The translations under genes were made by a program, and so were the position numbers. From positions 195,807 through 259,806 of the forward strand of contig JAPDFW010000095.1 of NCBI GenBank assembly GCA_028826165.1: a stretch of DNA of 64,000 nt, read 5' to 3'. Source of the DNA: Anaeramoeba ignava BMAN (lineage: Eukaryota; Protista; Anaeramoebae). The notes below the pieces were generated by a model. The model was not told the origin of the DNA. It did no database searches and saw nothing but the letters and a program-made list of their open reading frames with translations. Positions 11,601-24,962 of the stretch are shown here, in pieces. Every line of letters starts with the position of its first letter. The first letter of the stretch is position 1.

Positions 11601-12275
11601 TAATATATATATCAAAATGAGTTTTTAAAAGACTATCATAACCATTGACAGCAAACCTAACAGGTAATCCTTGGTCATCAGAATAAAAAGTAAAGATACT
11701 AACTACATTCTGAATTGTGGTGTTCTTCTGCCACATACGTACTGGGAAACCACGTATGACTGTTGGCTGACCTTCTTCCCAATCTTCGTTGTATAGATCG
11801 GGTAAGAACGGTAGCAATTCAAGAGTCCCAGAACTGTTTATTATTGAACACGTTACCGTGTCATTCATGATTCTCACTCGATATAACTGGTTACTGTCGT
11901 TGCGAAGTAGGTCCGTTGCTATTGTGGTGCTGATGTCAAGCGAGTAATAATCAAAACGTTCATAAAAATTTTTTGAATTATAGTTGATTAAAATTGGTTG
12001 GGTTATGTTCGCAGCAGGCATTCGCCAGAACGCTTTGATTCGATACTGTTTTTGTGATGTTATATTGTTTGTTTAATTGTTTGTTTTTGTTTTTTGTTTG
12101 TTATTTTTCAATCGTTTTTGTTCTTTTTTTTGTTTGAAAAATTTTTTCAGTTTTTTTTTTCGTTTTTTTTTTTTACTTTGTTTGGATAATTTGGAGGTGG
12201 TTGAGTTTTGCATAATAAATTAAGAAAGGAAATTAGCAAAAAAATATTAAAAAATGTATTATTTAAAGAATTCAT
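8626..12275 (-). CDS. Papain-family (C1A) protease homolog with N-terminal extension (CfaD / 26-29 kDa proteinase-like architecture); catalytic Cys replaced by Gly
   Basis: Exons 12177-12275, 11581-12045, 10349-10595, 9571-9807, 9389-9486 and 8626-9126 splice in frame. They give a signal peptide, an I29-like propeptide ([19 protein letters not shown]) and the motifs [28 protein letters not shown] and IKNSWG. Confidence 0.88.
10686..11430. repeat. (TAAATA)n microsatellite inside intron 2 of the protease-like gene
   Basis: Nearly pure hexamer array of about 740 bp. Confidence 0.95.
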
Positions 12276-12468
12276 TAAATTGAAGAAAAAAAATGGAAAA
12301 ATTAAATTAAAAAAAATTTAAATAAAAAATATAATTATTAGTCATTATTATTTATTTATTAGTAAAATATTTTTTTTTTTAATTTTTTTTTTTCATTTTT
12401 TTTTTTTTGCTTTTTCTTTAATTTGTGTTTTTTTTTTTTTTTTAATTGATTAATTAATAAAAGCGAAA

Positions 12469-15400
12469 ATGATGTTTCTTAGTCATATAGCAACATCAAC
12501 ACCAATAGAACCGAGAAATGGTTTAAAATCTAAAACAAAATTCTTAATAAAATTTAATTTAAAATTCTAAATAAAATTATTAATAAAATTATAAATAAAA
12601 TTAATAATAAAATCTATAATAAAATTAATAATAAAATTAATAATAAAATTAATAATAAAATTAATAATAAAATTATTAATAAAATTATTAATAAAATTAT
12701 TAATAAAATTAATAATAAAATTATTAATAAAATTAATAATAAAATTAATAATAAAATTAATAATAAAATTAATAATAAAATTAATAATAAAATTAATAAT
12801 AAAATTAATAATAAAATTAATAATAAAATTAATAATAAAATTAATAATAAAATTAATAATAAAATTAATAATAAAATTAATAATAAAATTAATAATAAAA
12901 TTAATAATAAAATTAATAATAAAATTAATAATAAAATTAATAATAAAATTAATAATAAAATTAATAATAAAATTAATAATAAAATTATTAATAAAATTAA
13001 TAATAAAATTAATAATGAAATCTAAAATAATTTAATAATAAAATTTAATTTAAAATTCTAAATAAAATTAATAATAAAATTAATAATAAAATTAATAATA
13101 AAATTAATAATAAAATTAATAATAAAATTATTAATAAAATTAATAATAAAATTAATAATAAAATTATTAATAAAATTATTAATAAAATTAATAATAAAAT
13201 TAATAATAAAATTAATAATAAAATTATTAATAAAATTAATAATAAAATTATTAATAAAATTATTAATAAAAATTAATAAAAATCTATAATAAAATTAATA
13301 ATAAAATTAATAATAAAATTAATAATAAAATTAATAATAAAATTAATAATAAAATTAATAATAAAATTAATAATAAAATAATAAAATTATTAATAAAATT
13401 AATTAATAAAATTAATAATAAAATTAATAATAAAATTAATAATAAAATTAATAATAAAATTATTAATAAAATTAATAATAAAATTAATAATAAAATTAAT
13501 AATAAAATTAATAATAAAATTAATAATAAAATTAATAAAATTAATAAAATTATTAATAAATTTAATAATAAAATTAATAATAAAATTAATAATAAAATTA
13601 ATAATAAAATTATTAATAAAATTATTAATAAAATTAATAATAAAATTAATAATAAAATTAATAATAAAATTAATAATAAAATTAATAATAAAATTAATAA
13701 TAAAAATTAATAATAAAATTAATAATAAAATTAATAATAAAATTATTAATAAAATTAATAATAAAATTAATAATAAAATTAATAATAAAATTAATAATAA
13801 AATTAATAAAATTAATAATAAAATTAATAATAAAATTAATAATAAAATTAATAATAAAATTAATAATAAAATTAATAATAAAATTAATAATAAAATTAAT
13901 AATAAAATTAATAATAAAATTAATAATAAAATTATTAATAAAATTAATAATAAAATTAATAATAAAATTAATAATAAAATTAATAATAAAATTAATAATA
14001 AAATTAATAATAAAATTAATAATAAAATTAATAATAAAAATTAATAATAAAATTAATAATAAAAATTAATAATAAAATTAATAATAAAATTAATAATAAA
14101 ATTAATAATAAAATTAATAATAAAAATTAATAATAAAATTAATAATAAAATTAATAATAAAATTATTAATAAAATTAATAATAAAATTATTAATAAAATT
14201 AATAATAAAATTAATAAATAAAATTAATAATAAAATTAATAATAAAATTAATAATAAAATTAATAATAAATTTATTAATAAAATTAATAATAAAATTAAT
14301 AATAAAATTAATAATAAAATTAATAATAAAATTAAAAATTAATAATAAAATTAATAATAAAATTAATAATAAAATTAATAATAAAAATTAATAATAAAAT
14401 TAATAATAAAATTAATAATAAAAATAATAATAAAATTAATAATAAAATTAATAATAAAATTAATAATAAAATTAATAATAAAATTAATAATAAAATTAAT
14501 AATAAAATTAATAATAAAATTAATAATAAAATTAATAATGAAATTAATAATAAAATTAATAATAAAATTAATAATAAAATTAATAATAAAATTTATAATA
14601 AAATTAATAATAAAATTTAATTTAAAATTAATAATAAAATCTAAAATAATTTAATAATAAAATTCTTAATAAAATCTAAAATAATAAAATTTAAAATTAA
14701 TAATAAAATTAATAATAAAATTAATAATAAAATTAATAATAAAATCTAAAAATAATTTAATAATAAAATTCTTAATAAAATCTAAAATAAAATAATTTAA
14801 AATTAATAATTATTTTATTTAGATTCTGGAGTTTTAATTAATTTCCCACATACATCAAGTAGAGATATTGAACAAATTGTCGTTAATGTTCTTCTTGATG
14901 TTGAAAATGCTAGAAAAATTTTAACAAGTACTTTTCATATTAAATGGGCAATGGAAGTAGTTGGTCATTCTTTTTCTCTTCCCATTGAAGAACATCAAAT
15001 TATTAAAGGAGCAATTCAAATTTATGAACGTTGGTTAATGGGAACACAAGTACCTGAAGCTTTTCGTGAACTTGAAAACTTTTTTTATCGAGTTTGTTTT
15101 TCAAAAAAAAATTTATCAAAAATTTCATCAAAAAAAAATTTAAAGGAAATTTTTGGTCACATGTCATTAATTTTTGCACCAAGAAGAGATATTCCACAAA
15201 ATTTAGTTGAAAAACATATTGAAGTTTGCAAAAGTGTCATTTCAATATACCAAAAAATGGTTACAGAAAGATCTGAATTATTAACAACAGAAACATGGGA
15301 ATATTTATTAAATGTTCTTCTTGGAATAACAGATTCAATTCTTGCAAACGAAGGAACAACAACAGAGCCACAACTAACAACAATTTTAACGCCTTTTATT

Positions 15401-18400
15401 CTTCGTGTATTTGGTTTTCTAAATATAAATTAAATATAAAATATAAATTAAATATTTTCTTTTTAATTTCAAAACAGTTGCTATTTGATCTTTGGTTACG
15501 TTCCGAATCTAAAAATATTGAAATGTGGGAAAGATTTAAAAAATTAGCCTCAAATTGGAAACACAGAAAAGAAACAATGCTTCAATGGTCATCTACTATT
15601 TATGGATTAACAAATAGAGTTTTAAATATAATTTACGGACCTTCTGAAGGAGATCAAGTTGTTATGATTGTTTTGTAAGTGAATTTTTTTTTTTTTTTGA
15701 CTCAAACATGAAAATATCAAATTACTAAAATAAATCTTTTTTTTTTTTCCTTCAATCTAAAGACCTCCTCCTCCAAATACCACCTTTCAACCAATTACAA
15801 TTAATTTAGATAATGAAAGAGTGATATTTTCTTGGATGAGAATTATTCGTAAACAACAAAAAATTATATTAAAATTTATAATTATATTAAAATTTAAAAT
15901 TTAAAATGAAAAATTCTTTATAAATTTTTTTTTTTTAGATCTTCTTGGAAATCCAAATGGATGCACAAATCCTCAAATATTTCGGCAAGCAATGACAGGA
16001 ATTCGAGATTGTGTTGGTTTATTTCTCAAAGTAGGAGGATCACCAGAAAGATCACAAGAAACAAAAGTTTTAGTTGATCATCCAGACGGAAACTCCATTT
16101 TAAAGGTATTTGGCGAATGGTTATTTGAGGCAGTTAGTACCAACCATAATGGATTTGAAGAAGGAATTGCTATCGCTTATAGTACTTTGTGTGATATTTT
16201 TTCTTCTTTCCAAAAAACTCCTTTTAAAGATTGCTATTTAAGTCGATTTTATCAATATGTGATCAATTCTTTGGATAATTTTTCGAATTCAGGTCGTTCT
16301 GTGTGCTCTATTTTCACTCATACTTCAACTATTTTTTCAACAAGATTATCGGGTGTTTATATGTTGATTCCAATTTACATTTCTGTGATGAAACAGATTT
16401 TATCAGTTGTAAATACGATCTCTAAAACAAAACAAAACAAAACAAAACAAAACAAAACAAATATTTTTAAATAATTTTTATTTAAATTTTTTATTTAAAT
16501 TTTTTCCAAAAACATGAAATGTATTAAATTTTATTTAAATTTTTTCCGTTTATTAGAAAACACCAAAATTCCAAATTAGTGTGCCACTTGATTTACTTCG
16601 AAAATCATGCATAACCATTTGCTCAAGTTTAATTTCAGTTCCCAATCAACTTTCTAATCTTGAACTAATTCATGTTCCAGCAAAAACAGACATCATTCCT
16701 GCAAAAGATTTTCTTTCACTTAAGAAGGATTTAAATCGGTTAATTGTTGACGGCTTTTCATTTGAAGAAGATCCATTTAACGCACAATTACTACTTTGGA
16801 CGATGTCATCAATTCTTTATGAAAATGAAAATGAACTCCAAGATCTGCCTTCTTCCGTGATCTCTTCTATTCAGCAATTTATTTGCAATCCTTCTGATTA
16901 TCAATGCAATTGGCCAATTTATGTTTTTGTTGTTGCTTTTGATGTTCTTCATTCACTTGTTCCTTTATCTGAAAAGATCCATAAGAGTTCAAATGTTTGA
17001 TATATTTTTTTATCATTTCAAAAAAAACAAAAACAAAAACAAATTTTTATTTCAAAAAAAAAAAAAACAAAAACAAAACAGCAAATTTTACCAGGAATGG
17101 TTTTCAGTTTTTCGAAGCATATTTGTCAACTTATCACAAATCCAACAAGATTAACTCAAGAAGAAACTGACACGAAAGTATGTGGATTGTTTGAAGTGAT
17201 TGGTGATTTCTTAGTAAATTCACAATGGATTTACGAATATCCATCCATTATTAACGAAATATTCATCGCAATTGAAACATGCATTCAAGAGCCATCAATT
17301 GATAAGAAGAAGAAAAAAACAATGCAATCTGAAGTGATTTCAGATAGTGCGTTTATGTTGTTTAATCATTTACTCCGAAGCGTTGGAAACTTTCCTTTGC
17401 CTATTGGTCCGACTCGATTATCCACTTTGGTTGATGAAACTCAAATCATTCAGAAATTCAATTTATCTCATGATGATCTAGTTCAAAAAACGAGATATTT
17501 TGTTCATGATGATTCGAGAATTGTAGCATTATTTGAATGCCCACCTGAAACTGAAGACGAAGGTATTTTGAATATAAAATTCCTGAATCAAAAAATTTTA
17601 TATAATTAACAATTTAAATATTTAATTTCAAATAGAACCTTATACTATCATAATTATTCGTGATTTAACTGGAAGATATGCTTGGAAAGTGAGATTTAGA
17701 ATTCTTCCAATTAATTTCCAAAGACCTAGTAATTTTAATTTTAATTTTAATTTTAATTTAAATTTAAAAAAAAAATCCAAAAACATGAAAATTAATTTAA
17801 TATTTTCAATAAAAATAAAAATAAAAATAGATCCAAACACTATTGAAAGACATTCTTGGGAAGGAGATCCAAGATCACCTAGTTATATCCAAGCAAAGAA
17901 ATATTCTACATATGCGAAAACAGAAAATTCAATTGCATTTCAAACACTTCCACTTGATGATTTCTTGGCATCAGATAATCAAGTCCAACTTGATTTAGTT
18001 TCAATTATTATGGTTAATCAAGATGAAATTGAAGAAGTTTATATTTCATCTGAAGAAGAAATTTCAAAGAAACTTTCTTTAATTAGAACTGAAAGACCAT
18101 CACATCGCAAAAATGAATATCAGTTTAATTTATCAAGACTTTTCTTTTCAACTGTAGGATTTTTACAAGCTGAACATGTTCTTTCTGTTAATGCTTTAGA
18201 ATCAAGTGAAAGATGTTGGAAAGATATTTCTAATTTTGACAATATGCCAGAGTAAATTATAAAAATATATAAAAATTTATAAAAATTTATAAAATTTATT
18301 TATAAAAATATATAAAAATTTATTTATAAAAATATATAAAAATTTATTTATAAAAATATTCAAAAACATGAAATTTATAAAAATATATAAAAATTTATAA

Positions 18401-19481
18401 AAATATTCAAAAACATGAAATTTATAAAAATATAAAAATTTATTTATAAAAATTTATTTATAAAAAATATAAAATTTATAAAAATATAAAATTTATTTAT
18501 AAATATTTAAAAATTTATTTATAAAAATATAAAATTTATATAAAAATTTATTTATAAAAATATTTAAAAATTTATTTATAAAAATATAAAATATATAAAA
18601 ATTTATTATAAAAATTTATAAAAATTTATAAAAATATTCAAAAACATGAAATTTATAAAAATTTATAAAAATTTATAAAAATATTCAAAAACATGAAATT
18701 TATAAAAATATATAAATTTATTTATAAAAATATTCAAAAACATGAAATTTATAAAAATATTCAAAAACATGAAATTTATAAAAATATATAAAAATATTTT
18801 TTTTCTAGACGATATCAATTTACATCAGGAATAGTCTATCTTCATCCTGGACAAAACAGAATCAACGACAAAAAAGAAATTTACAACAACACACATGGAA
18901 GTCAAGATTACGAGAATTTCATTGAAGAAATTGGATGGAAAATCAATTTGGAAAAACACAAAGGATACAAAGGAGAATTAAGCAAAGAAATAGTGAAAGA
19001 AGCGCCATATTACGCAACATTCCAATCAGAAATAGTATTCCACATAGCAACCGAAATTCAGGACATTAATAACAAGATGGAACTTTTTGAAAAAGATAGT
19101 GTTGTTATTGTTTGGTGTGATGATCCACGACCTTTTAATCCTCAAATTATTCGTTTAAAAGGAAACGTTGTTTTTTTCGTTCTTATTCCTCTTCACTCTT
19201 CTTTTGTTCTTGTTAGAGTTTTCAACTTCAGTGGAAGAAATATTCTTCATGGTCCTTTATGTGATGGAATTATTGTTAGAAGACCCATTTTGGCTCCTTT
19301 GGTTCGTTTATCCGCTTTGAATGCTGCTAAAGAACTTGCTAATGGAAAAGGTCTTTTAATAAATCCTTATTTAAAACGTAAAGAAAAACTTCATGAAATT
19401 ATTCAACAATTCAAACTTCGTCAATCAGTTGATAATCTCTATACTTCTATTTTTTTACCAGTTCAATTCAAAAAAGATTAA
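12469..19481 (+). CDS. RALGAPB: Ral GTPase-activating protein beta subunit-like (RapGAP-fold C-terminus), multi-exon
   Basis: Exon 1 (12469-12520) splices to 14823 (N|DSGVL). Motifs IKWAMEVVGHSFSLP, HPDGNSILKVFGEWLFEA, VGNFPLPIGPTRLS, RDLTGRYAW, EEIGW, EIVFHIAT and GPLCDGIIV match my recollection of RALGAPB. The catalytic KRHIGND motif is absent, as expected for the beta subunit. Confidence 0.85.
12540..14810. repeat. (AATAATAAAATT)n 12-mer satellite filling the 2.3-kb first intron (12521-14822) of the RalGAPB-like gene
   Basis: Directly visible and bounded by GT at 12521 and AG at 14821-14822. Confidence 0.95.
18255..18800. repeat. Degenerate ATTTATAAAA / CAAAAACATGAA repeats in a RalGAPB-like intron
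   Basis: The repeated units are visible between GT at about 18252 and AG at about 18808. Confidence 0.8.
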
Positions 19482-19679
19482 ATAATTGATTTCTTTTTTT
19501 TTCTTCTTTCAATTCCTTTTTTTTTTTTTTTCTTTTTCTTAACAAGTTACAAGAATTTCTTTATTCTTGCTTGTCTTTCTTTCTTCTTTTTTTCTTCTTT
19601 TTCTTTTTCTTTTTCTTTTTCTTGTTTATTTTAATGGAAGGAATTTAACAAAATCAATAAACAAGATTAAAAACAAAAA

Positions 19680-20327
19680 AGTAATTTCAATTTTAATTTC
19701 AATTTTAATTTGAATTTAATTTTGATTTTAATTTTAATTTGAATTTTAATTTTAAATTTAATTTTAATTTTGATTTTGATTTTAATTTTAATTTTAATTT
19801 TAATTTTAATTTTAATTTTAATTTTAATTTTAATTTTAATTTTAATTTTAATTTTAACTTTAATTTCAATTTAATTTTAATTTTAATTTTAATTTTAATT
19901 TTAATTTTAATTTTAATTTTGATTTAAATTTTAATTTTAATTTTAATTTTAAATTTGAATTTCAAAATGAATTTTAATTTAAATTTTAATTTCAAAATGA
20001 ATTTTAATTTTAATTTTAATTTTAAATTTAATTTTAATTTTAATTTTGATTTTAATTTTAATTTCAATTTTAATTTTGATTTCAATTTTAATTTTAATTT
20101 TAATTTTAATTTTAATTTTAATTTTAATTTTAATTTTAATTTTAATTTTAATTTTAATTTTAATTTTAACTTTAATTTAAATTTTAATTTTAATTTTAAT
20201 TTTAACTTTAATTTAAATTTTAATTTTAATTTTAATTTTGATTTTAACTTTAATTTCAATTCAATTTTAACTTTAATTTTAATTTTTAATTTCAAAATGA
20301 ATTGATATAAATGAATTTTAATTTGAA
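19680..20327. repeat. (TTTTAA)n intergenic microsatellite
   Basis: Directly visible. It is the source of the spurious NF, KL and IL ORFs in the track. Confidence 0.95.
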
Positions 20328-21785
20328 TTAGAAATATGCTTCTAAATCTTCAATTTTCCATCCAACATATTCTCCTGCTAAAAATGTTCTTGTCTCATCT
20401 GTTTTATAAGTATAACCATTAGGAAGTTGATAAACTCTTCCTAAATTAGATCTTCCATTATCTAAAGTTGAATAAACACAAAGATCTCCATAATATCCAA
20501 AATCTCCAAAATATGGACCATAATCATTATTAGAATAAATAGCTTTCTCAATTCTTTCTTCAATAATTGGGAATTTTTGAGGAGGTGAATTTTTTGGATT
20601 TTTAATTGTGAAAATAAATGAAGAATCATCTTTAACATGTCCTGGATTTTGTGATTTAAATCCTACTTTTGTAAATCCTCCCATTATATATCCTTTGGCT
20701 GATTTAACTATTATAAGTGTTGGTCCTTTATCATCACAAACTTTATGAAATTCTTTACTTGAAAATCCATCTTTTTTTGCTGAAAATCTAAGTTTCATTT
20801 TTGTGAAAAATTGATTATCTTGAATCCAACTTCTTATTAATCGAAAAATGCTTGTATCTTTAATTATGTTTGAAATTAAATGAAATCGTAAATTGAAAAA
20901 TAATAAATTGTTTTTTTTGTATTCTTCTTGATATTCCAAAAGTAATTTATCAAATTCTTCAAAATTTGAATTTTGAATTTTCTTCAATTTGAAAACTTTC
21001 TTTAAAACTTCATCTTCAATTATATTCATTTTTGAAACTTGTTTTATTTCTTTTTTAGAAAATTCAATAAATCTGATTTTATTGATTAATTTGGAAATTT
21101 TGGATTTTAATTCTTCTCTTTCAATATTGTTTAGTTTTTCCTTTTGGATATGAAGTTTGCTTTTTCCCCATTTAATTATTGTTTGGAAAATATCAAATTC
21201 TTTAGCAATAACATCATCACTTGATAATATTCTCTCTAAATGATATTCTTCAAGTTCTTCAAAAAATTTAATTTTTAATAAAGAATTAAAATGTTCAGAA
21301 ATAAATTGATAGCAAAAATAATTTAAATCTTTAATATTCATTGTTTCTGAAATTTTAAGAATATCTGATAAAATTTCAATTTGGAAATTTTCTTTAATAA
21401 AATCTGAAGCAAAACTTGTTAATTCTTCAATTAAATATTTTGAAGAAAAAATTAAAATTTCAACTGCATTTTCTAAATTTAAATTGCATTTTCCAGTATA
21501 AAGATATTGTAAAACGATTGAAAAGGCTTCTTTTGAAACATCTTGAAAAATAATTTTATTTTCTTGATATTCTTTCATTTTTGAATGAAACATTGATTTA
21601 AAATATTGACTTCTTGAAGAAAGAATTGATTTATGGCAATTAAAAGAAAATTGATTTTGATTTGATGAATAACAAATAATTTCAAAATCGCTATAATTAT
21701 CTTCATTATTGTTTTGGGTTATTAAGTTTTCTAAATCTTGTGATAATTTTTCTGTGTTTGAAAATGTTTTATTTATTGTTTCCAT
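20328..21785 (-). CDS. BTB-BACK-TLDc domain protein (copy A)
   Basis: Intronless 485-aa ORF with YSDFEI..CHKSILSSRSQYFKSMF, YLYTG, KDGFSSKEFHKVCDDKGPTL, GGFT and YGPYFG. Confidence 0.92.
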   Translation of the reverse strand: METINKTFSNTEKLSQDLENLITQNNNEDNYSDFEIICYSSNQNQFSFNCHKSILSSRSQYFKSMFHSKMKEYQENKIIFQDVSKEAFSIVLQYLYTGKCNLNLENAVEILIFSSKYLIEELTSFASDFIKENFQIEILSDILKISETMNIKDLNYFCYQFISEHFNSLLKIKFFEELEEYHLERILSSDDVIAKEFDIFQTIIKWGKSKLHIQKEKLNNIEREELKSKISKLINKIRFIEFSKKEIKQVSKMNIIEDEVLKKVFKLKKIQNSNFEEFDKLLLEYQEEYKKNNLLFFNLRFHLISNIIKDTSIFRLIRSWIQDNQFFTKMKLRFSAKKDGFSSKEFHKVCDDKGPTLIIVKSAKGYIMGGFTKVGFKSQNPGHVKDDSSFIFTIKNPKNSPPQKFPIIEERIEKAIYSNNDYGPYFGDFGYYGDLCVYSTLDNGRSNLGRVYQLPNGYTYKTDETRTFLAGEYVGWKIEDLEAYF

Positions 21786-21849
21786 TTTTAAAAAAAATGA
21801 ATTTAAAAAAATGAATTTTAAAAAAATTTATTTAAAAATAAAATTTTTT

Positions 21850-23202
21850 TCATTTTTCTTGATTATCTTTTTCAGGTTTGAATAATTTTTGTAAAGGTTT
21901 AATAAAATGAAGAAAAAGAGTACTTTCAATTTCCATATAACCTTCAACATAAAAAGATTGTTCAAAAACACCATTATATAATTCTAAAAATAAAGATTTT
22001 ATTCTTGAATCTTTTTCTTCAATCATTTTTTGAATAGAATTAAATTCTTTTTCTTCAAAAAATAAATATTCAGGATTTAAAATGGAAATTAATTGAGAAA
22101 TTGAATCCCAAATTTGATTTTCAGTTATTGTGTTTTTTTTAACTTCATTCCAAAAAGCTGCTTTTGTATTAATAAATTCATTTGCTAAATTAATTGATTT
22201 CATTTTTTTATAAATTTTATGACTTTCACTTTTTCCTTCAAGTTGATAATCTAATTTTTTCCATAATTGTAATTGATATTGAAATCCTTCATTTGGTGAT
22301 ATTCTTCTTCTTTCATTAACAAAATCATGAGCTTCTTGATAATCCCAATTGTTTTTTTTCATAAAATATGCAATTACAATTGTTGGTGATCTTTTTAATA
22401 TTAATTTTAATTTTAATTTTATAAATGAATTTTAATTTTAATTTTAATTTTAATTTTAATATTAATTTTGATTTTAATTTTAATTTTGATTTTAATTTTA
22501 ATTTTAATTTTAATTTTAATTTTAATTTTAATTTTAATTTTAATTTTAATTTTAATTTTATAAATTGATTTTAATTTTGATTTCAATTTTAATTTTAATT
22601 TTAATTTTAATTTTAATTTTAATTTTAATTTTAATTTTAAATTTAATTTTAATTTTAATTTTAATTTTAATTTTAATTTTGATTTTAATTTTGATTTTAA
22701 TTTTGATTTGAATTTTGATTTTGATTTTGATTTTTAATTTTAATTTTAATTGGAAAAATACCTGGAAACCCCTGCTGCACTATTAATTTAGAAAATAAAA
22801 ATAAATTGGAATTACTATTTAATTGTTTTTCAATTTAATTAAATTTTAATTTTTTAATTACCAATGAATAAAAACTTTTCCATTTGATTTAATTGCATTT
22901 TCAATAAAATCATAAGTTTTTTCAAAATGATCTAAAAGTAAAAAATCAGGAATATCAAATGCAAAAATTTCTAAATATTGAAACTTATCAGGAAAAAAAG
23001 GAGAATCATGTAAACAAATGATGTGTGTAATCTAAAAATTAAATTAAAATCAAAATCAAAAATTAAAATTAAAATTATAATTATAATTTGGAAATTTTTT
23101 TTTAAATTTTACATTATATTCTTGAAGAGTTTCTAATGTTTGAGCACCAGTTAAATTTCCTAAATAAACATCATCAGTTATTTTTGAAATTGAAGCTCCC
23201 AT
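21850..23202 (-). CDS. Dual-specificity protein phosphatase (atypical DUSP), probably N-myristoylated
   Basis: Exons 23113-23202, 22862-23031, 22762-22779 and 21850-22390 give MGASISKITDDVYLGN..ITHII..KVFIHCAAGVSRSPTIVIAYFMK..RISPNEGFQYQL. Confidence 0.92.
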
Positions 23203-23319
23203 TTCTAAAAAAAAAATGAAAAATGAAAAAATGAAAAAATGAAAAAATAATTTTTTCTTTTTCTTTTTCTTTTTGTTTTTGATTTGATTTAATAAATAAT
23301 ACTTACTTTGTTTCCATTT

Positions 23320-24771
23320 TTAATTATTAAGCATTTTCATTAAAAATTTTGAAATATTTTTTAACTCTTGTTGGAAATTAAGTAAATCTCGATCTTTTGA
23401 TTCAATAATTGAAAGATATTTTTCTTTTTCGTTCTCCATTTTTTGATTTAATTGAAAAGATAATCTTTTTATAATTTGATTAGAATTTTTTTCTTTCTCT
23501 TGAAATTTATTTTCTAAATTTATCAAATTTTCTTGAAGTTTTAATAATTGTTCTTCTTTTTTAAAAGGAATTGAATTTTGTAATTCAATTATTTTGATTT
23601 GAATTGATGATTTTTCATTTTTTAATTTGATAATTTCTTTTGATTGTTCCACAATTTTAGAAGAATGTTCTTGGATTTCTTTTTTATGATGATTTAAAAG
23701 AGATTCAATTTCTCTTTCAAAATGTTTTATAATTTTTAATATTTTTGAAATTATTTTCTCTTTCTTGAAAAATTATTTGTGGAATTTGTTGATTATTTTC
23801 TTTTATTTGGTTTGAATTTGGAATGAAATAATTTTGGAATTGATTTTGTTGTGTTTGTTTCAATTTTTCTTTTAAGGAATTGATTTTTTGATTTTTTTGA
23901 ATTAATTCTTGTTTTAAATCAAATTTTCATTTTCCAATTTTTTAATTTGATTTTGATTTTGATTTTGATTTTTAATTTGATTTTGATTTTGATTTTGATT
24001 TTGATTTTCAAGAATTTGAATTTGAGATTTTAAATCAAAATTTTCATTTTCTTTTTGTTTGAATTTTTGTTGAAATTCAATTAATTTTTTGTTTTGATTT
24101 GATAATTTAATTTGATTTTCTTTTTGGATTGAATTAATTTTTTGAGTAAATAAAATTTTCATTTGATTAAATTCATTTAATAATTGAGATAAATTATTGT
24201 CTGCTTCATTAATTTTAGATTTATAAAAAAGATTTAAATCATTAACAAATTTATTTAAATCAAAAGTATTTTGAATTTGATTATTTTGTTTGAATTTATT
24301 ATTTTGTTGAATTTGATTATTTTCTTTAAATTGATTATTTTCTTTAAATTGATTATTTTCTTCAAATTGATTATTTTGTTTAAATTGATTATTTTGTTTA
24401 AATTGATTATTTTCTTTAAATTGATTATTTTGTTCAAATTGATTATTTTCTTTAATTTGATTATTTTCTTCAATTTGATTATTTTCTTGAATTTGATTAT
24501 TTTGTTCAAATTGATTATTTTCTTTAAATTGATTATTTTGTTTAAATTGATTATTTTGTTTAAATTGATTATTTTCTTTAAATTGATTATTTTGTTTAAA
24601 TTGATTATTTTCTTGAATTTGATTATTTTCTTGAATTCTTTCCATTTTTTGTTTGATTTTGTTTAAATTTTTATTGAAAATTTCATTTTCTTCTTTCCAT
24701 TTTTTTTGAATTTCACTTGAAAATTCTTTTGCAGTTTTTAGATTTAAATTTTCTTTTTGATTAAAAAACAT
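23320..24771 (-). CDS. Low-complexity coiled-coil protein with an NNQ(F/I)(K/E/Q)(E/Q) hexapeptide array; frameshifted as assembled
   Basis: ORFs 23914-24864 and 23320-23652 have the same composition and are separated by apparent indels near 23770-23920. An 18-bp tandem repeat lies at about 24270-24635. Confidence 0.55.
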
Positions 24772-24962
24772 TATTTTTGAATTAAATTCGTTTTTTTTTT
24801 GGAATTTTGAAAAATAAAAAAAATTTTTTTTGAGAATGAAAAAAAGGAAAAAAATTTTTTTCAATCAATTTTATTTCAAAGTCAATTTATCAAAAAAGAA
24901 AGAAAGAAAGAAAGAAAGAGTTTTTTTTTTAAAATGTCAAAGTCTAATTTAGAATTTTTGAT

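Noticed and set aside
19739-20305. Poly-NF, KL, IL and NL ORFs (also 3199-3477, 9984-10187, 27116-27335, 55342-55711, 57569-57886)
   Set aside because: These are stop-free readings of (TTTTAA)n-type microsatellites.
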